A stretch of DNA of 64,000 nt from an uncultured Candidatus Rokubacteria bacterium (GCA_963789955.1 CAWBMV010000022.1:554471-618470); one strand, 5' to 3'; numbered from the stretch's first letter, positions 41,975 through 53,752 are shown. Translations and numbers: made by a program. The notes: a model not told the origin generated them from the sequence alone.

Positions 41975-44381
41975 ATGTCCTTTCTTCAGTCGCGAACCCG
42001 CTCGGCACGTGAAGGCATCGGCAAGCCGATCTTGCGCAAGGAAGATGCGCGCCTGCTGAGCGGCGGCGGCTGCTACAGCGACGACGTCAACGTGCCGGGC
42101 CAGGCCTACGCGTGCTTCGTGCGCTCGCCGCACGCGCACGCCCGCGTCGGCCGGGTGGACGCGGCCGTGGCGCTCGCCACACAAGGTGTGATCGCCGTGT
42201 TGACTGGCGCCGACGCCGCCGCTGACGGCATGAAGCCGCTCACGCACAGTCCTATGCCGGGCAATCCCCACGAGGACATGCTGCGGGCCCGCGACGTGGC
42301 GTTCATCGCGCCGCATCCGCCGATGCCGGCCGATCGCGTGCGCTTCGTCGGCGAGGTCGTCGCGATGGTCGTCGCCGAGACACCCGCCGCGGCCCGCGAC
42401 GGCGCCGACCGCGTCGAGGTGGAGTGGACGGCGTTGCCCGCGGTGACCGCCAGCACGGCGGCGGCTCGCCCCGACGCGCCGATCCTCTACGACGGGACCG
42501 CCTCGAACGTGTGCGTGGACACCGACCTCGGCGACGCCGCCGGCGTCGACCGCGCATTCGCGCGCGCCGCCCACGTGGTGCGCCTGGACACGTGGGTGCA
42601 TCGGGTCACCGGCGTGCCGATGGAGCCGCGCGCGGCCGTCGGCGTGTGGGACCCCACGAGCGGCCGCTACACCGTGCACGCCGGCGCGGGCGGTCTCGGC
42701 CGGACGCAGACCGGCGTGGCCGGCGCGCTCGGCGTGCCCGAGAGCGCGGTTCGTGTGACGGCCGGAGACGTCGGCGGCAACTTCGGGACGCGCAACAGCT
42801 GCTATCCCGAGTTCGCGCTGGTCGCGTGGGCGGCGCGCCGGCTCGGGCGCCCGGTGAAGTGGACCGCCGAGCGGCGCGAGGCGTTCATGGCCGACTACGG
42901 AGGGCCGCGATCTCACGGCCCGCGCCGAGCTGGCCCTCGACGCCGAGGGCAACTTCCTCGCGTTTCGCGGCGCCAACACCAGCAACGTCGGCGCGCACGC
43001 CGTCTCGTTCCATCCGCTCAACAAGGGCATGGCGCTGACGGCGACCGTCTACCGCATGCCCGCCGTCTCGATGCACGGGCGCGCGGTCGTCACGAACACG
43101 TCGCCGACGACGCCGTACCGGAGCGCCGGTCGCCCGGAGGTCATGTTCATCATGGAGCGGGTGATCGACCTGGCCGCGCGCCGCCATGGGTTCGATCGCC
43201 TCGAGCTGCGGCGGCGCAATCTCGTGCCCTCGACCGCGATGCCCTACAAGAATCCGATGGGCCTGGTCTACGACAGCGGCGACTATCAGGCCGCGTTCGA
43301 TCGCGCGGTCGAGCTCGCCGACTGGAAAGGGTTCGAGGCACGGCGGACCGAGGCGCGGCGACGCGGACGCTATCGCGGCATCGGCGTGGCCAACTACATC
43401 GAGCTCAACACGGGCTTCCCGCGCGAGCGGGCGCACATCACGGTGCGGCCCGAGGGCGTCGTCGACCTGGTGCTCGGCACCCTGTCGTCCGGCCAGGGCC
43501 ACGCGACCAGCTTCGCGCAGCTCCTGGTCGAGTGGCTCGGCGTGGAGCTCGGCGAGGTGCGCCTGATCACGGGCGACACCGACGTCACCGTGGTCGGCGG
43601 CGGCGCCCACTCGGCGCGCGCGCTGCGGCTCGCGGCGGTGGTGATGGCGAAGGCGTCGGATCAGATCGTCGAGAAGGGCCGACGCGTCGCCGCGTGGATG
43701 CTCGAGGCGGCGGCCGACGACGTCGAGTTCTCCGGGCGACGGTTCCGGGTGAAGGGCACCGACCGCTCGGTCGACCTCTTCGACGTGGCGCGCGCCGCGG
43801 CCCGCGCCGACGCCCCGGCCGACGTGCGCGGGCCGCTCGATGGCCTGAGCGACGAGACCATGCCGTTGCCGTCGTATCCGTACGGCACCGCGGTGTGCGA
43901 GGTCGAGGTCGATCCCGACACCGGCGAGGTCTCGGTGGTGCGCTACACGACCGTCGACGACTGCGGCCGCGCCGTCAATCCGATGATCCTCCACGGCCAG
44001 ACGCACGGCGGCATCGCACAGGGCGTGGGGCAGGCGCTCTGGGAGGCCTGCGCATACGAGGCCGCGACCGGCCAGCTGCTCTCGTCGACGATGATGGACT
44101 ACGCGATGCCGCGCGCGGACATGCTGCCGGCGTTCACGACGGAGATCAGCGAGGTCCCGTCGACGGCGCATCCGCTCGGCCTGCGCGGCGGCGGTGAGGG
44201 CGGCACGACGCCGGCGCTGGGCGCCGTGGTGAACGCGATCGTCGACGCGCTGGCCGAGCTCGGTGTCGAGCACATCGAGATGCCGGCGACCGCCGAGCGC
44301 GTCTGGCGCGCGATCCACGACGCGCGTTCGAAGGCGATCCCGGAGCGGCCTTCGGCGGCCGCTGGCGTAAGATCTACGTAG
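41975..44381 (+). CDS. Xanthine dehydrogenase/CoxL-like molybdopterin-binding large subunit (frameshift near 42900)
   Basis: RKEDARLL, RSPHAHA, DVGGNFG, PYRSAGRPE, GQGHATS, GLRGGGEGG. Confidence 0.88.
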
Positions 44382-44415
44382 CGCCGAGACCGGCACCGAG
44401 CGAGAGGAGACCCCA

Positions 44416-45036
44416 ATGAGCGAGCCGACGAAATTCGAGATCTTCACCGACTACGTCTGACCCTGGTGCTATCTCAGTACCGTGCGTATTGAGAAGCTCC
44501 AGCAGGCGTACGACATCGAGCCCGTGCTCGTGCATTTCCCGCTGCACCCGGAAACGCCCGCCGAAGGCCGTGACATGACCACGTTCTATGCCGAGCGCGG
44601 CATCGATCCGGAAGCGACGTACGCGCGGATGAAGGGCCTGATGGACAAGGAAGGGCTGCCCTACAGCCGCCGCTCGCACACCTACAACAGCCGACTGGCC
44701 CAGGAGCTCGGCAAGTGGGCCGACACGCAGCCCGGCGGCTACGCGATCCACGACGCGTTCTATCGCGCCTACTTCGTCGGCGCGCAGAACATCGGCGACA
44801 CCGAGGTGATGATCGACGTGGTGAAGTCCGTCGGGCTCGACACCGAGGCGGCGCGCGACGTGCTGAAGGAGCGCCGCTTCAAGGACGCGGTCGACGCCGA
44901 CTGGGCGAAGTCGCGCCACCTGGGCGTCACCGGCGTCCCGACGTTCGTGGCCGGCGGCTACGGCGTGGTCGGCGCCCAGCCCTACGAGGTGCTGGCGCAG
45001 CTGGTCGAGAAGGCGGGAGCTCGCCGGCGCGACTAG
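44416..45036 (+). CDS. DsbA/FrnE-like thioredoxin-fold selenoprotein (Sec at TGA 44458-44460)
   Basis: GAGGAG RBS; MSEPTKFEIFTDYV-TGA-PWCY continues in frame into FPLHP...GVTGVPTF...GAQPY. Confidence 0.85.
44473..44493 (+). promoter_or_regulatory. Putative bacterial SECIS hairpin
   Basis: CTCAGTAC-CGTGC-GTATTGAG 8-bp stem starting 12 nt after the in-frame UGA. Confidence 0.6.
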
Positions 45037-45098
45037 CTCGCCTCCGAGCGGGGTTCGACGGTGGTATTCTAGGCGCCGTTCGAATCCCATCACGCAGT

Positions 45099-45151
45099 GC
45101 GCGCTGCAGGCCGTCGCGGGGCTGGGGCCCCGCCGGCCGAGGCGCGCCTAT
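45099..45151. repeat. REP-like intergenic palindromic repeat, copy 2
   Basis: GCGCGCTGCAGGCCGTCGCGGGGCTGGGGCCCCGCCGGCCGAGGCGCGCCTAT. Confidence 0.75.
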
Positions 45152-45165
45152 TAACGAGGTGCCAC

Positions 45166-45858
45166 ATGTTCTACGAGCTTCGCCGCTACGACGTCGCCGC
45201 CGGTAAGCTTCCCGCGCTCGTCGACCGCTTCGGGAGCTTCACGGTCAACAAGTGGAAGGAGTACGGCTTTCGCCTGATCGGCTTCTGGACGCCGGTCGTC
45301 GCCGACAAGAGCAACCAGCTCGTCTACATCTGGGGCTGGGAGAGCCTCGAGGAGCGGGCCAAGAAGAACGCCGCCTGGCGCGCCGACCCCGAGCGGGCCA
45401 AGAAGTGGGCGGAGACCGAGAAGGACGGACCGCTGGTCAACTGCGTCTACAACCAGCTCATGGAGCCGACCTCGTATTCGCAGATGGACCGCGGCGAGCC
45501 TACGGGCCCGACGCGTCGAGCCGCAGCCCCGTACCTCTTCGAGCTGCGCGAGTACCAGGCGATGCCCGGCAAGATCCAGAACATCACCGATCGGTTCGGC
45601 AACTTCACGTGCGGCGCGTTCAAGAAGCACGGCTTCCGCCAGGTCGGCTACTGGCACAACGTGTTCGGCGGCAACAGCAACGAGCTCATCTATCTGCTGG
45701 CCTGGCAGAGCCTGGACGAGCGCGTGTCCAAGTTCGACACGTTCGCCAAGGACCCCGAGCGCGCGCGCGCGTTCGCCGAGAGCGAGAAGAACGGCCCGAT
45801 CGTGCAGCAGGTGAGAAACATGATCCTGCGTCCGACGGCCTTCTCACCCATGAAGTGA
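45166..45858 (+). CDS. NIPSNAP family protein (two domains)
   Basis: YELRRY...GFW...LVYIW..SLEER repeated as FELREY...GYW...LIYLL..SLDER; LRPTAFSP. Confidence 0.85.
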   Translation: MFYELRRYDVAAGKLPALVDRFGSFTVNKWKEYGFRLIGFWTPVVADKSNQLVYIWGWESLEERAKKNAAWRADPERAKKWAETEKDGPLVNCVYNQLMEPTSYSQMDRGEPTGPTRRAAAPYLFELREYQAMPGKIQNITDRFGNFTCGAFKKHGFRQVGYWHNVFGGNSNELIYLLAWQSLDERVSKFDTFAKDPERARAFAESEKNGPIVQQVRNMILRPTAFSPMK

Positions 45859-45875
45859 GCCAGAGGAGACTCGCC

Positions 45876-47355
45876 ATGGACCTGCTGCCCGCCGAGACGT
45901 CGTCCTTTCCGTCGCCGATCCCGACGCAGTTCGTCTCGAGCGACGAGTTCACGCCCGCGCCGCAGACCGCGAAGCAGAAGCAGGTCGAGGCGCGCATCAA
46001 GGAGCTGGGCAACCGGCTCGCGAAGCACCAGGGCGTGACGCCGCCGCCGGTTCTTCCAGACCGCCGCCGGCATGGCCGCGGCCTTCGTCGCGATGAACGA
46101 CGTCTACGGCCCGATCTTCGGCGTGAGCCGCGCGGAGGCGCCAGAGCCCCGACATGGCCAACGAGCGCGCGAAGGCGCTCGCCGACCAGTTCATCATGGA
46201 CATGCACACGCACTTCCTGCGCGACGACACGCGGCTCGAGGGCTTCGTGCGCTCGCGCGAGGCGGTGGGCAAGGCGGGCTGGAACCCGGCGCTCGCCGGC
46301 AAGCCGCAGACCCTCGACGATCTGAAGTTCGCGAACTACTTCAAGGAAATCTACTTCGACAGCGACACCAAGGTGGCGCTCATCTCGGGCTCCGGCTCGG
46401 AGGAGCCGCGCGACTGGTTCCTCACCAACGAGATGAAGGCCGACGCGCGCGCCAAGGTGAACAAGCTCACCGGCTCGCGGCGCATGTTGTCGCACGCGAT
46501 CTTCATGCCGGGCATGCCGGGCTGGATGGAGTCGGTCGACCAGGCGATCGCCGCAGCTCAAGCCCGACTCGTTCAAGGGCTACACGGTCGGCGACAACAC
46601 CAACAAGCAGCTCGCGAAGCACCCCTGGCGCCTGGACGACGAGAAGCTGCTCTATCCGTTCTACGAGAAGCTGGCGAAGGCCGGGCTCGTCAACGTCTGC
46701 GTGCACAAGGGGCTCTATCCGTACTCGACGACCAAGAACTTCCCGGACCTGCGTCCAGTATGCCGACGTGCGCGACGTCGGCAAGGCCGCCAAGGACTGG
46801 CCGCAGCTCAACTTCGTCATCTACCACTCGGCGTTCCGCTTCACCGGCGGCGAGTGGAACAACGGCTGGGAGCAGTTCGAGAAGACCGGGCGCGTGGACT
46901 GGGTGACCGATCTCGCCGAGATCCCGGCGAAGTACGGCGTGAAGAACGTCTACGGCGACCTCGGCCAGATCTTCGCGCAGAGCACGGTGGCCGAGCCGCG
47001 TCTCTGCGCCGCCATGATGGGCACGCTCGTCAAGGGCCTCGGCGCCGACCACGTGGTGTGGGGCACCGACGCGATCTGGACCGGCGCGCCGCAGTGGCAG
47101 ATCGAGGCGCTGCGCCGGCTCGAGATTCCCGAGGACATGCAGAAGAAGTACGGCTTCGCGCCGCTCGGACCCGCCGACGGCCCGGTGAAGCGCGCGATCT
47201 TCGGCGAGAACTCGGCGCGTCTCTACAAGTACGATGCGAAGCGCCGCGCCGAGCTGACGACCGACCGCATCGCGCTGGCCAGAGCGGACTACGAGCGCGA
47301 AGGGCCGGGGCGGACCAATCTTCGCTACGGGTTCGTGGTCAATCCGGTCGGCTGA
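45876..47355 (+). CDS. Amidohydrolase family protein (several frameshifts)
   Basis: SPIPTQFVSSDEF, DMHTH, KGYTVG, CVHKG, VIYHSA, WGTDAIW. Confidence 0.78.
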
Positions 47356-47397
47356 GCCTGCGACGTCGCGCGTCAGTGAACCGGCGCGCGGGGGCCT

Positions 47398-48732
47398 CAT
47401 CCGCCGCGCGCGGACGTCGCGCTCGTCGACGATCACCTGATAGACGAGCTGTCTGAACAGGGTGCGGTGGTAAACGCGCAGGGCGCCCGCCGACTGCACC
47501 ATGAAGACCGCGACCAGCTGCTCCTTCGGATCGACCCAGAAGAACGTCCCCGCGTAGCCGCCCCAGTAGAAATCACCGGCGGTGCCGGGCACCGGAGCGA
47601 GGCCGTCGCCGGGGCGCACGGCGAAGCCGAGGCCGAACGTATAGGTCGACGCGCCGAGCACTCCGCCACCCGGCGTCGGCGCGACGGCAATGCGCGAGCC
47701 GAGCTGATCGGAGGTCATCAGCCTCACAGTGGTGCGGCTCAGCACGCGATACCCGTTGAGCACGCCGCCGTTCCCCAGCATCTGGGCGAAGCGCAGGTAG
47801 TCACCCGCGGTCGCTAGCCCGCCGGCGCCACCCGAATCGTTGCCCGGTTGCTTCGACACGTCGATCAAGGTGATCGCCGTGCCCGCCAGCGGATCCTTGT
47901 CGAACGGCTGCGCGACTCGCGCCAGCCGTGCCGGGGTGACCCAGAATCCCGTGTCGCTCATCTTGAGCGGCTTGAAGAGCCGCTCGCTCATGAAGTCACC
48001 GAGGCGCTGGCCCGACGCCGCTTCCACCACGCGACCGAGGACGTCGGTGGCGAGGCTGTATTCCCACGTGGTTCCCGGCTGGTAGAGCAGCGGAATCCTG
48101 GCGAGCCGCTCGACCTGTTCGGCGCCGGTCATGTCGCGGATGTCGAATTCGATCACGCCCGGCTTGAAGAGCCCGGCCTGCGTCAGCGCGTCCTTGACCG
48201 CGGCGTTCTGCGTGAGCTCGCCGTAGGGCAGGCCCGCGGTATGACGCAGGAGATCCTGCACCGTCATCGGGCGCTGCGCGGCAACGTCCCCGCTGCTGGT
48301 CGAGACCTTCACGTCCTTGAACGCCGGGAGCCACCTGGAGACCGGATCCGTCAGCTGGAGCGCGCCGTCCTCGACCAGGATCATCGCGGCCACCGAGACC
48401 ATCGGCTTGGTCATCGAGTAGATGCGGAAGATCGTATCGGGCCGCATCGGGTCGGCGCCCTTGGGATCACGGGCGCCGAGAGCGCTCGCGTAGACGAGCT
48501 TGCCCTTTCGAGCGATCAGCATGACCGCGCCGGGCACTTTCTTGTCCTCGATCTCCTTCTTGAACGCGTTCGTGAGGCGCGTGAGACGAGCCGCCGACAT
48601 GCCGGCCGCGTCGGGCGGCGCTGGCGCGAGAGCAGTCTGCTGCGCGCCGGCCAGGCCTGGCGTGAGCAGGGCGAGGATCGCGAGAAAGAGTAGCCCCATC
48701 GATCGCGCACGGAGTCGCAAGCGGGCAGTCAT
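47398..48732 (-). CDS. Serine hydrolase, beta-lactamase class C/EstB-like (3' end approximate)
   Basis: Signal peptide; IYSMTK (SxxK), LLRHTAG, PGTTWEYS, WGGYAGT.FWVDP. Confidence 0.85.
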
Positions 48733-48754
48733 CGTGTTCTCCCCTCGGCGGTTG

Positions 48755-49711
48755 TCATGGACGAAGCACCCGCACCGGCTGGCCGGCGAGCCAGGCCTTC
48801 ACGTCCTCGAGCGCCTGCCCGTAGAAGATCCGGTAGCCCTCCTCGGTGACGTAGCCGAGGTGCGGCGTGATCACGGTGTTGGGAAGATTGCGCAGGGGAT
48901 GATCGAGCGGGAGCGGCTCCTCGTCGTACACGTCGAGCCCCGCGCCGGCGATGCGTTGCCCTGGCGAAGCGCGGCGACGAGCGCGGCCTCGTCGACGATC
49001 GGGCCGCGCGACGTGTTGATCAGATAGGCCGTCGGCTTCATCTGGGCGAGCTCGCGAGCGCCGAAGAGCCCGCGCGTGCGGTCGCCGAGCACCAGGTGAA
49101 TGCTCACGACGTCGGAGCGCGCCAGCAGCTCGTCCTTGGTCACGAGCGTCGCGCCGATCTCGGCGGCGCGCGCGGCGGTGAGGTTCTGGCTCCAGGCGAT
49201 CACGTCCATCTCGAACGCGCGCCCGATCTTCGCGACCCGCGAGCCCAGCCCGCCGAGGCCGACGACGCCGAGCGTCTTGCCGTTCAGGCCGAGCCCGCAG
49301 CTGATCTGCCAGCGGCCCTCGCGCGTCGCGCGATCCTCGGCGGGGATGCGACGGAAGAGGGCGAGGATCAGGCCCCACGTGAGCTCCGCCGTCGGATAGG
49401 GAAGCCCCGCGGTGCCGCAGACCACGATCTCGCGCTCGAGGGCCGCGGCCACGTCGATGGACGCGTTGCGCATGCCCGTCGTCACGAGGAGCTTGAGCTT
49501 CGGCAGGCGCTCGAGGAGCGCCTTGCGGAAAGGGCGTGCGCTCGCGCATGGCGATCACCGCCTCGAAGTCGGCGAGACGCGCCGCCACGGCGCCCGGATC
49601 GCTCAGGTGATCGGGGAACACGACGACCTCGGTTCCCGCGGGCAGGCTCGCCCAGTCGGCCATCCGCCGGGCGACGTTCTGGTAGTCATCGAGGATCGCG
49701 ACTCTGGCCAT
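48755..49711 (-). CDS. D-2-hydroxyacid dehydrogenase family (frameshifts near 49530 and 48955)
   Basis: AILDDYQ, MRERTPF, GLGGLG, INTSRG, LDVYDEEP, TPHLGY. Confidence 0.85.
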   Translation of the reverse strand: MARVAILDDYQNVARRMADWASLPAGTEVVVFPDHLSDPGAVAARLADFEAVIAMRERTPFPQGAPRAPAEAQAPRDDGHAQRVHRRGRGPRARDRGLRHRGASLSDGGAHVGPDPRPLPSHPRRGSRDARGPLADQLRARPERQDARRRRPRRAGLAGREDRARVRDGRDRLEPEPHRRARRRDRRDARDQGRAAGALRRREHSPGARRPHARALRRSRARPDEADGLSDQHVARPDRRRGRARRRASPGQRIAGAGLDVYDEEPLPLDHPLRNLPNTVITPHLGYVTEEGYRIFYGQALEDVKAWLAGQPVRVLRP

Positions 49712-49725
49712 GATGGTCTCCTGGT

Positions 49726-50725
49726 TCAGCGGATGTCGTCGCCCCAGCGGTATTCGCGCGTGAGGTCGTCGAGACGCGCCTTGAGGCCGCCGTCGAGGCC
49801 CTTGTCGACGGCGGCGAGCGCGTCGTCGAGCTGCTCGGGGCGGCTGGCGCCGACGATCGGCGCCGTGACGACGGGATTCTCGAGCACCCAGGCGACGGCC
49901 ATCTGGACCATCGACATGCCGGCCTCGGCGGCCAGAGGACGCAGCGTCTCGACCGTCTCGAGCTCGCGCTCGCGCCAGTAGCGCTCCCGGTAGCGAGCGC
50001 CGGCCGTCGGGTGCGTGAACCGGGTGCCCGGCATCGGGCCGGCCTCGCGGCGATGCTTGCCGGAGAGCAGGCCGCCCGCGATCGGGTTGTAGGGGATCAC
50101 GCCCAGACCTTCCTCGGCGCAGAGCGGGAACAGCTCGCGCTCGACCTGGCGGAAGAGGAGGTTGTAGCGCGGCTGCACGCAGTCGAAGCGCGCCAGGCCC
50201 AGGTGCTCGCTGCGCCCGAGCGCGCGCGCGATCTGATACGCGAAGTAGTTCGAGCAGCCGACGTAGCGGGCCTTGCCGGCGCGCACGACGTCGTCGAGCG
50301 CGCGCAGGCTCTCGTCCATCGGCGTCGACGGATCGGGATGGTGGAGCTGGTAGAGATCGACGTAGTCGGTGCGGAGCCGGCGCAGCGAACCGTCGATCGC
50401 GTCGAGGATGTGCTTGCGCGAGAGCCCCTGGTCCCAGGGGCGAGCGCTCATCGCGCCGAAGCACTTGGTGGCGACGACGAAGTCGTGGCGCCGTCCGGCG
50501 AGCCATCGTCCGATGATCTCCTCGGTGCGGCCGACCGTGCTCGAGATCGCCGCCGATCGGATAGACGTCGGACGTGTCGAGGAAGGTGATGCCGCCGGCC
50601 GCGGCGCGATCGAGGATGGCGACCGACGTCGGCTCGTCGCACTGCAGGCCGAAGGTCATGGTGCCGAGGCAGAGCCGTGAGACGCGAAGGCCGGTGCGCC
50701 CGAGCCGAACGTGTCGCATCGTCAT
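49726..50725 (-). CDS. Aldo/keto reductase (frameshift near 50545)
   Basis: LGRTGLRVSRLCLGTMTFG, DTSDVY, SLRRLRTDYVDLYQLH, QPRYNL. Confidence 0.88.
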
Positions 50726-50743
50726 CTCCTCACGTGATTCGCG

Positions 50744-52705
50744 TCACCGGTGCGCGGTCGGCGACGGCGCGACATCCCGGCGTGTGGTGCCGATCGTGCG
50801 CGCGCGGCGCTCCCACATCACGAGCGCAACCCCGAGCGCAAGGCCGAACAGATCGGCCGCCGCCGTCGGCAGCCAGGGTGACGGCGGCATCATCAGGAGC
50901 GCGGCCGCCGCCCACGCCCACGCGCGTCCGAGCCACGACAGCGGCCGGAAGAGGTAGCCGGCGCAGCCGATACCGAGCAGCACCACGCCGATCGACGCCG
51001 TGAGCATCGTGATCAGGATCTCCGCGAGCGTTCCGTGGCCGATCAGCGCGGGATGGAACGCGAAGACGAACGGAACGACGTAGGCCACGATGCCCAGGCG
51101 CATCCCCGCCCAGCCGGTCTTCCAAAAGTCCGCCTGGGCGATCGCGGCGGCGGCGTAGGTGGCCAGGCAGTCGGGCGGCGTGATCAGCGAGAGCATGCCG
51201 AAGTAGAACAGGAACAGATGCGCCGCCAGCGGATCGATGCCGAGCTGGGTCAGCGCCGGACCGATCAGTACCGCGAGCGTGACGTAGACCACCGTGGTCG
51301 GCAGCGACATGCCGAGCACGATCGAGACCATCGCGGTCAGGACGAGCAGGAGCACGACGTTGCCGCCGGCGGCGCTCGTGAGCAAGATCGGCAGCTTCGA
51401 CGTCAGCCCCGAGAGCTGGAACGCGCCGATCACGATCCCGGCGAGCGTCGTGATCGCGATGAGGTCCAGCATCGTGCGGCCGGTGCCCTCGATCGCCTCC
51501 ATGATGCCGCGCCAGCTCGGTCGCGTCGCCTTCTGCAGGCATCCGACGAGCACGGTGGTGCCCACCGCGAGCATGCCGGCGGCGCCCGCTTCCCAGTTGC
51601 TGAGCATCAACGTATAGAGCAGCACGCCGAGCGGCACCAGGAAGACCCAGCCCACGCGCATGACGTCGCGTAGCCGCGGCAGCTCGGCCCGCGGCAAACC
51701 GGTGAGCCCGAGCTTCGCCGCTTCCAGGTCGATCTGGACGAACAGCGCCAGGTAATAGAGGACCGCCGGGAGGGCGGCGGCGAGCGCGACCTGACCGTAC
51801 GGAATCGAGAGATATTCCGCGATCAGGAACGCCGCCGCGCCCATGACCGGCGGCATGATCTGGCCGCCGTTCGAGGACACCGCTTCGATCGCTGCCGCCA
51901 GATGCGGGGGATAGCCCGAGCGCTTCATCATCGGGATCGTGATCGCGCCGTCGACGACGACGTTGGCCACGGCGCTGCCCGACACGGTGCCGTAGAGGCT
52001 CGACGAGACGACGGCCATCTTGGCGGCGCCGCCGCGATAGCGGCCCATCACCGACATCGCGAAGCCGGTGAGAAATGCGTCGCCGCGCACGGCGGTCAGC
52101 GCCTGGCCGAAGAAGATGTACGCGACGACGATGCTGGCCGTGACGCCGAGCGGGACCCCCAGGATGCCGCTCGAGTCGAGGTAGAGATAGGTGGCGATCC
52201 GGCCCCAGCTCGAGCCCTTCGCATAGAGCGGCCCGGGCAGGAGCCAGCCGAATTTCGCGTAGAGCACACAGCCGAGCGCGATCCACATGAGGGCCCAGCC
52301 GGCGATCCGGCGCGTGGCCTCGAGCACCAGCACGATCGCGAGCGTGGCCGGGACGAGCCGATCCCAGCTGAGGCTCGCGAGCGAGTACGACATCGAGGGA
52401 TAGAGAATCGTGATGTAGAGGCCGACGGCGAGCGCGCCGGCGGCGCCGATCCAGTCGTACCACGGCACCCGATCGTGGGCGGCTCCCGGGTGCGCCTTCA
52501 CCACGAGGAAGACGCCGGCGAGGCCGAGCCCCATGAACAGGCCGAGGTACTGCTCGTTGAACAGGGCGATCGGCAGGTGATACTGCAGCCCGAGCGCCCA
52601 GAACGCTCCGGTCACGGTGACGGCGACCAGGACGACGCGCTCGATGCCGCGCGCGGCGCCGCCGAGGCTGCGGAACTTCGGGAGAGACTTCGGATCGAGC
52701 GGCGC
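50744..52705 (-). CDS. TRAP transporter fused 4TM/12TM permease (start approximate)
   Basis: LEATRR, GGAAK, SGSAVAN, SNGGQIMPPVMGAAAF, GMSLPTT, ITPP. Confidence 0.88.
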   Translation of the reverse strand, partial: APLDPKSLPKFRSLGGAARGIERVVLVAVTVTGAFWALGLQYHLPIALFNEQYLGLFMGLGLAGVFLVVKAHPGAAHDRVPWYDWIGAAGALAVGLYITILYPSMSYSLASLSWDRLVPATLAIVLVLEATRRIAGWALMWIALGCVLYAKFGWLLPGPLYAKGSSWGRIATYLYLDSSGILGVPLGVTASIVVAYIFFGQALTAVRGDAFLTGFAMSVMGRYRGGAAKMAVVSSSLYGTVSGSAVANVVVDGAITIPMMKRSGYPPHLAAAIEAVSSNGGQIMPPVMGAAAFLIAEYLSIPYGQVALAAALPAVLYYLALFVQIDLEAAKLGLTGLPRAELPRLRDVMRVGWVFLVPLGVLLYTLMLSNWEAGAAGMLAVGTTVLVGCLQKATRPSWRGIMEAIEGTGRTMLDLIAITTLAGIVIGAFQLSGLTSKLPILLTSAAGGNVVLLLVLTAMVSIVLGMSLPTTVVYVTLAVLIGPALTQLGIDPLAAHLFLFYFGMLSLITPPDCLATYAAAAIAQADFWKTGWAGMRLGIVAYVVPFVFAFHPALIGHGTLAEILITMLTASIGVVLLGIGCAGYLFRPLSWLGRAWAWAAAALLMMPPSPWLPTAAADLFGLALGVALVMWERRARTIGTTRRDVAPSPTAHR

Positions 52706-52715
52706 TCGAGCGGCG

Positions 52716-53752
52716 CTACGGGTTCACCGCGAGCAGCTTCTGCTGGACCTGATCCATCCCCGGCTTCCAGACGTTGCGCTCCTTGTAGAAGCGGATCGCG
52801 CCCGGATGGTACGGGATCGCGACGTCGAGCGTCGACCGCGCGATCTTGCGTCCACTCCTTGAACATCGGATGGATCGGCACGAGCTGGTCGCCGCCCTCC
52901 CACACCGCCTTCAGCGCCGCCTCGACGACGTGGTCGGGGACGGACTTGCCCGCGAAGAAATACGTATCGTAGGCGATGACGCAGGTGTCCTCGACGACGC
53001 CGGTGATCGAGCCGGGCTTCACGACGCGCGGATAGTAGCCGGGCACCGCCTTGCTTCATGCGGGCCTCGCCCTGCGCCGAGCAATCGTCCGAGATGTGCC
53101 GGACGCCGATCGCGGCGTCGGCTTCCTTCACCTTGGCCGAGTTGAGCGCGTGCTGGGTGACGTCGGCACGGCCCTGCATGAGCGCGTCGACGCCGTCGTT
53201 GACGGTGTTGACCGGCACCACCTTGACGTCGTTCCAGGTGAGCCCCCCGCTCGCGAGATGTCCGAACATGTTGTACCAGACCGCCAGATGCGCGCGGTAC
53301 TCGCCGGTGAACCGCTTTCCCTTGACGTCCTGGACGGTCTTGATCGGCGAGTCCTTCCGGACCAGGAGCCCGACCATCAGCGGCGCGCCGCGCATGACGA
53401 GCCGCACGTTGGGCGCGTGCGTGAACGGATTGCGACCGCCGATCTGGTGGGCCGGGCCGCGATAGGCCAGCCAGAGGTCGACACCGTTCTGGATGCCGAA
53501 CTCCATCTCGCCGCTGTTGACGAGCGGGAGCATGGTGCTGGTCCCGGCGTGCGGCTGGACGACCATCTGGTAGCCCGCGCCGCCGCTCACGACCTTGGCG
53601 ATGCCGCTCGCTAGGGCGAAGTACACCGTGCCGGCGGGATTGGTGCCGAGGGTGACCGATCTCGGCATGGACCCCTGCGCAAACGCGCCGGACCCGAGCG
53701 CTCCGGCCGCGAGCACAACGACGAGAGCAAGCACGAGCGACGTACGGCGCAT
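52716..53752 (-). CDS. TAXI-family TRAP solute-binding protein (frameshifts near 53050 and 52825)
   Basis: Signal peptide; LGTNPAGTVYF, DVKGKR, C-terminal IPYHPGAIRFYKE. Confidence 0.85.

Noticed and set aside
45040..45092. tRNA-like fragments (GGGTTCGAC, GTTCGAATCCC) after the selenoprotein gene
   Set aside because: T-loop-like words only; I could not build a cloverleaf or tRNA-Sec fold. tRNAscan-SE or Aragorn would settle it.
47398..48732. Beta-lactam resistance gene
   Set aside because: The SxxK serine hydrolase family is mostly esterases and peptidases; no specific AmpC evidence.
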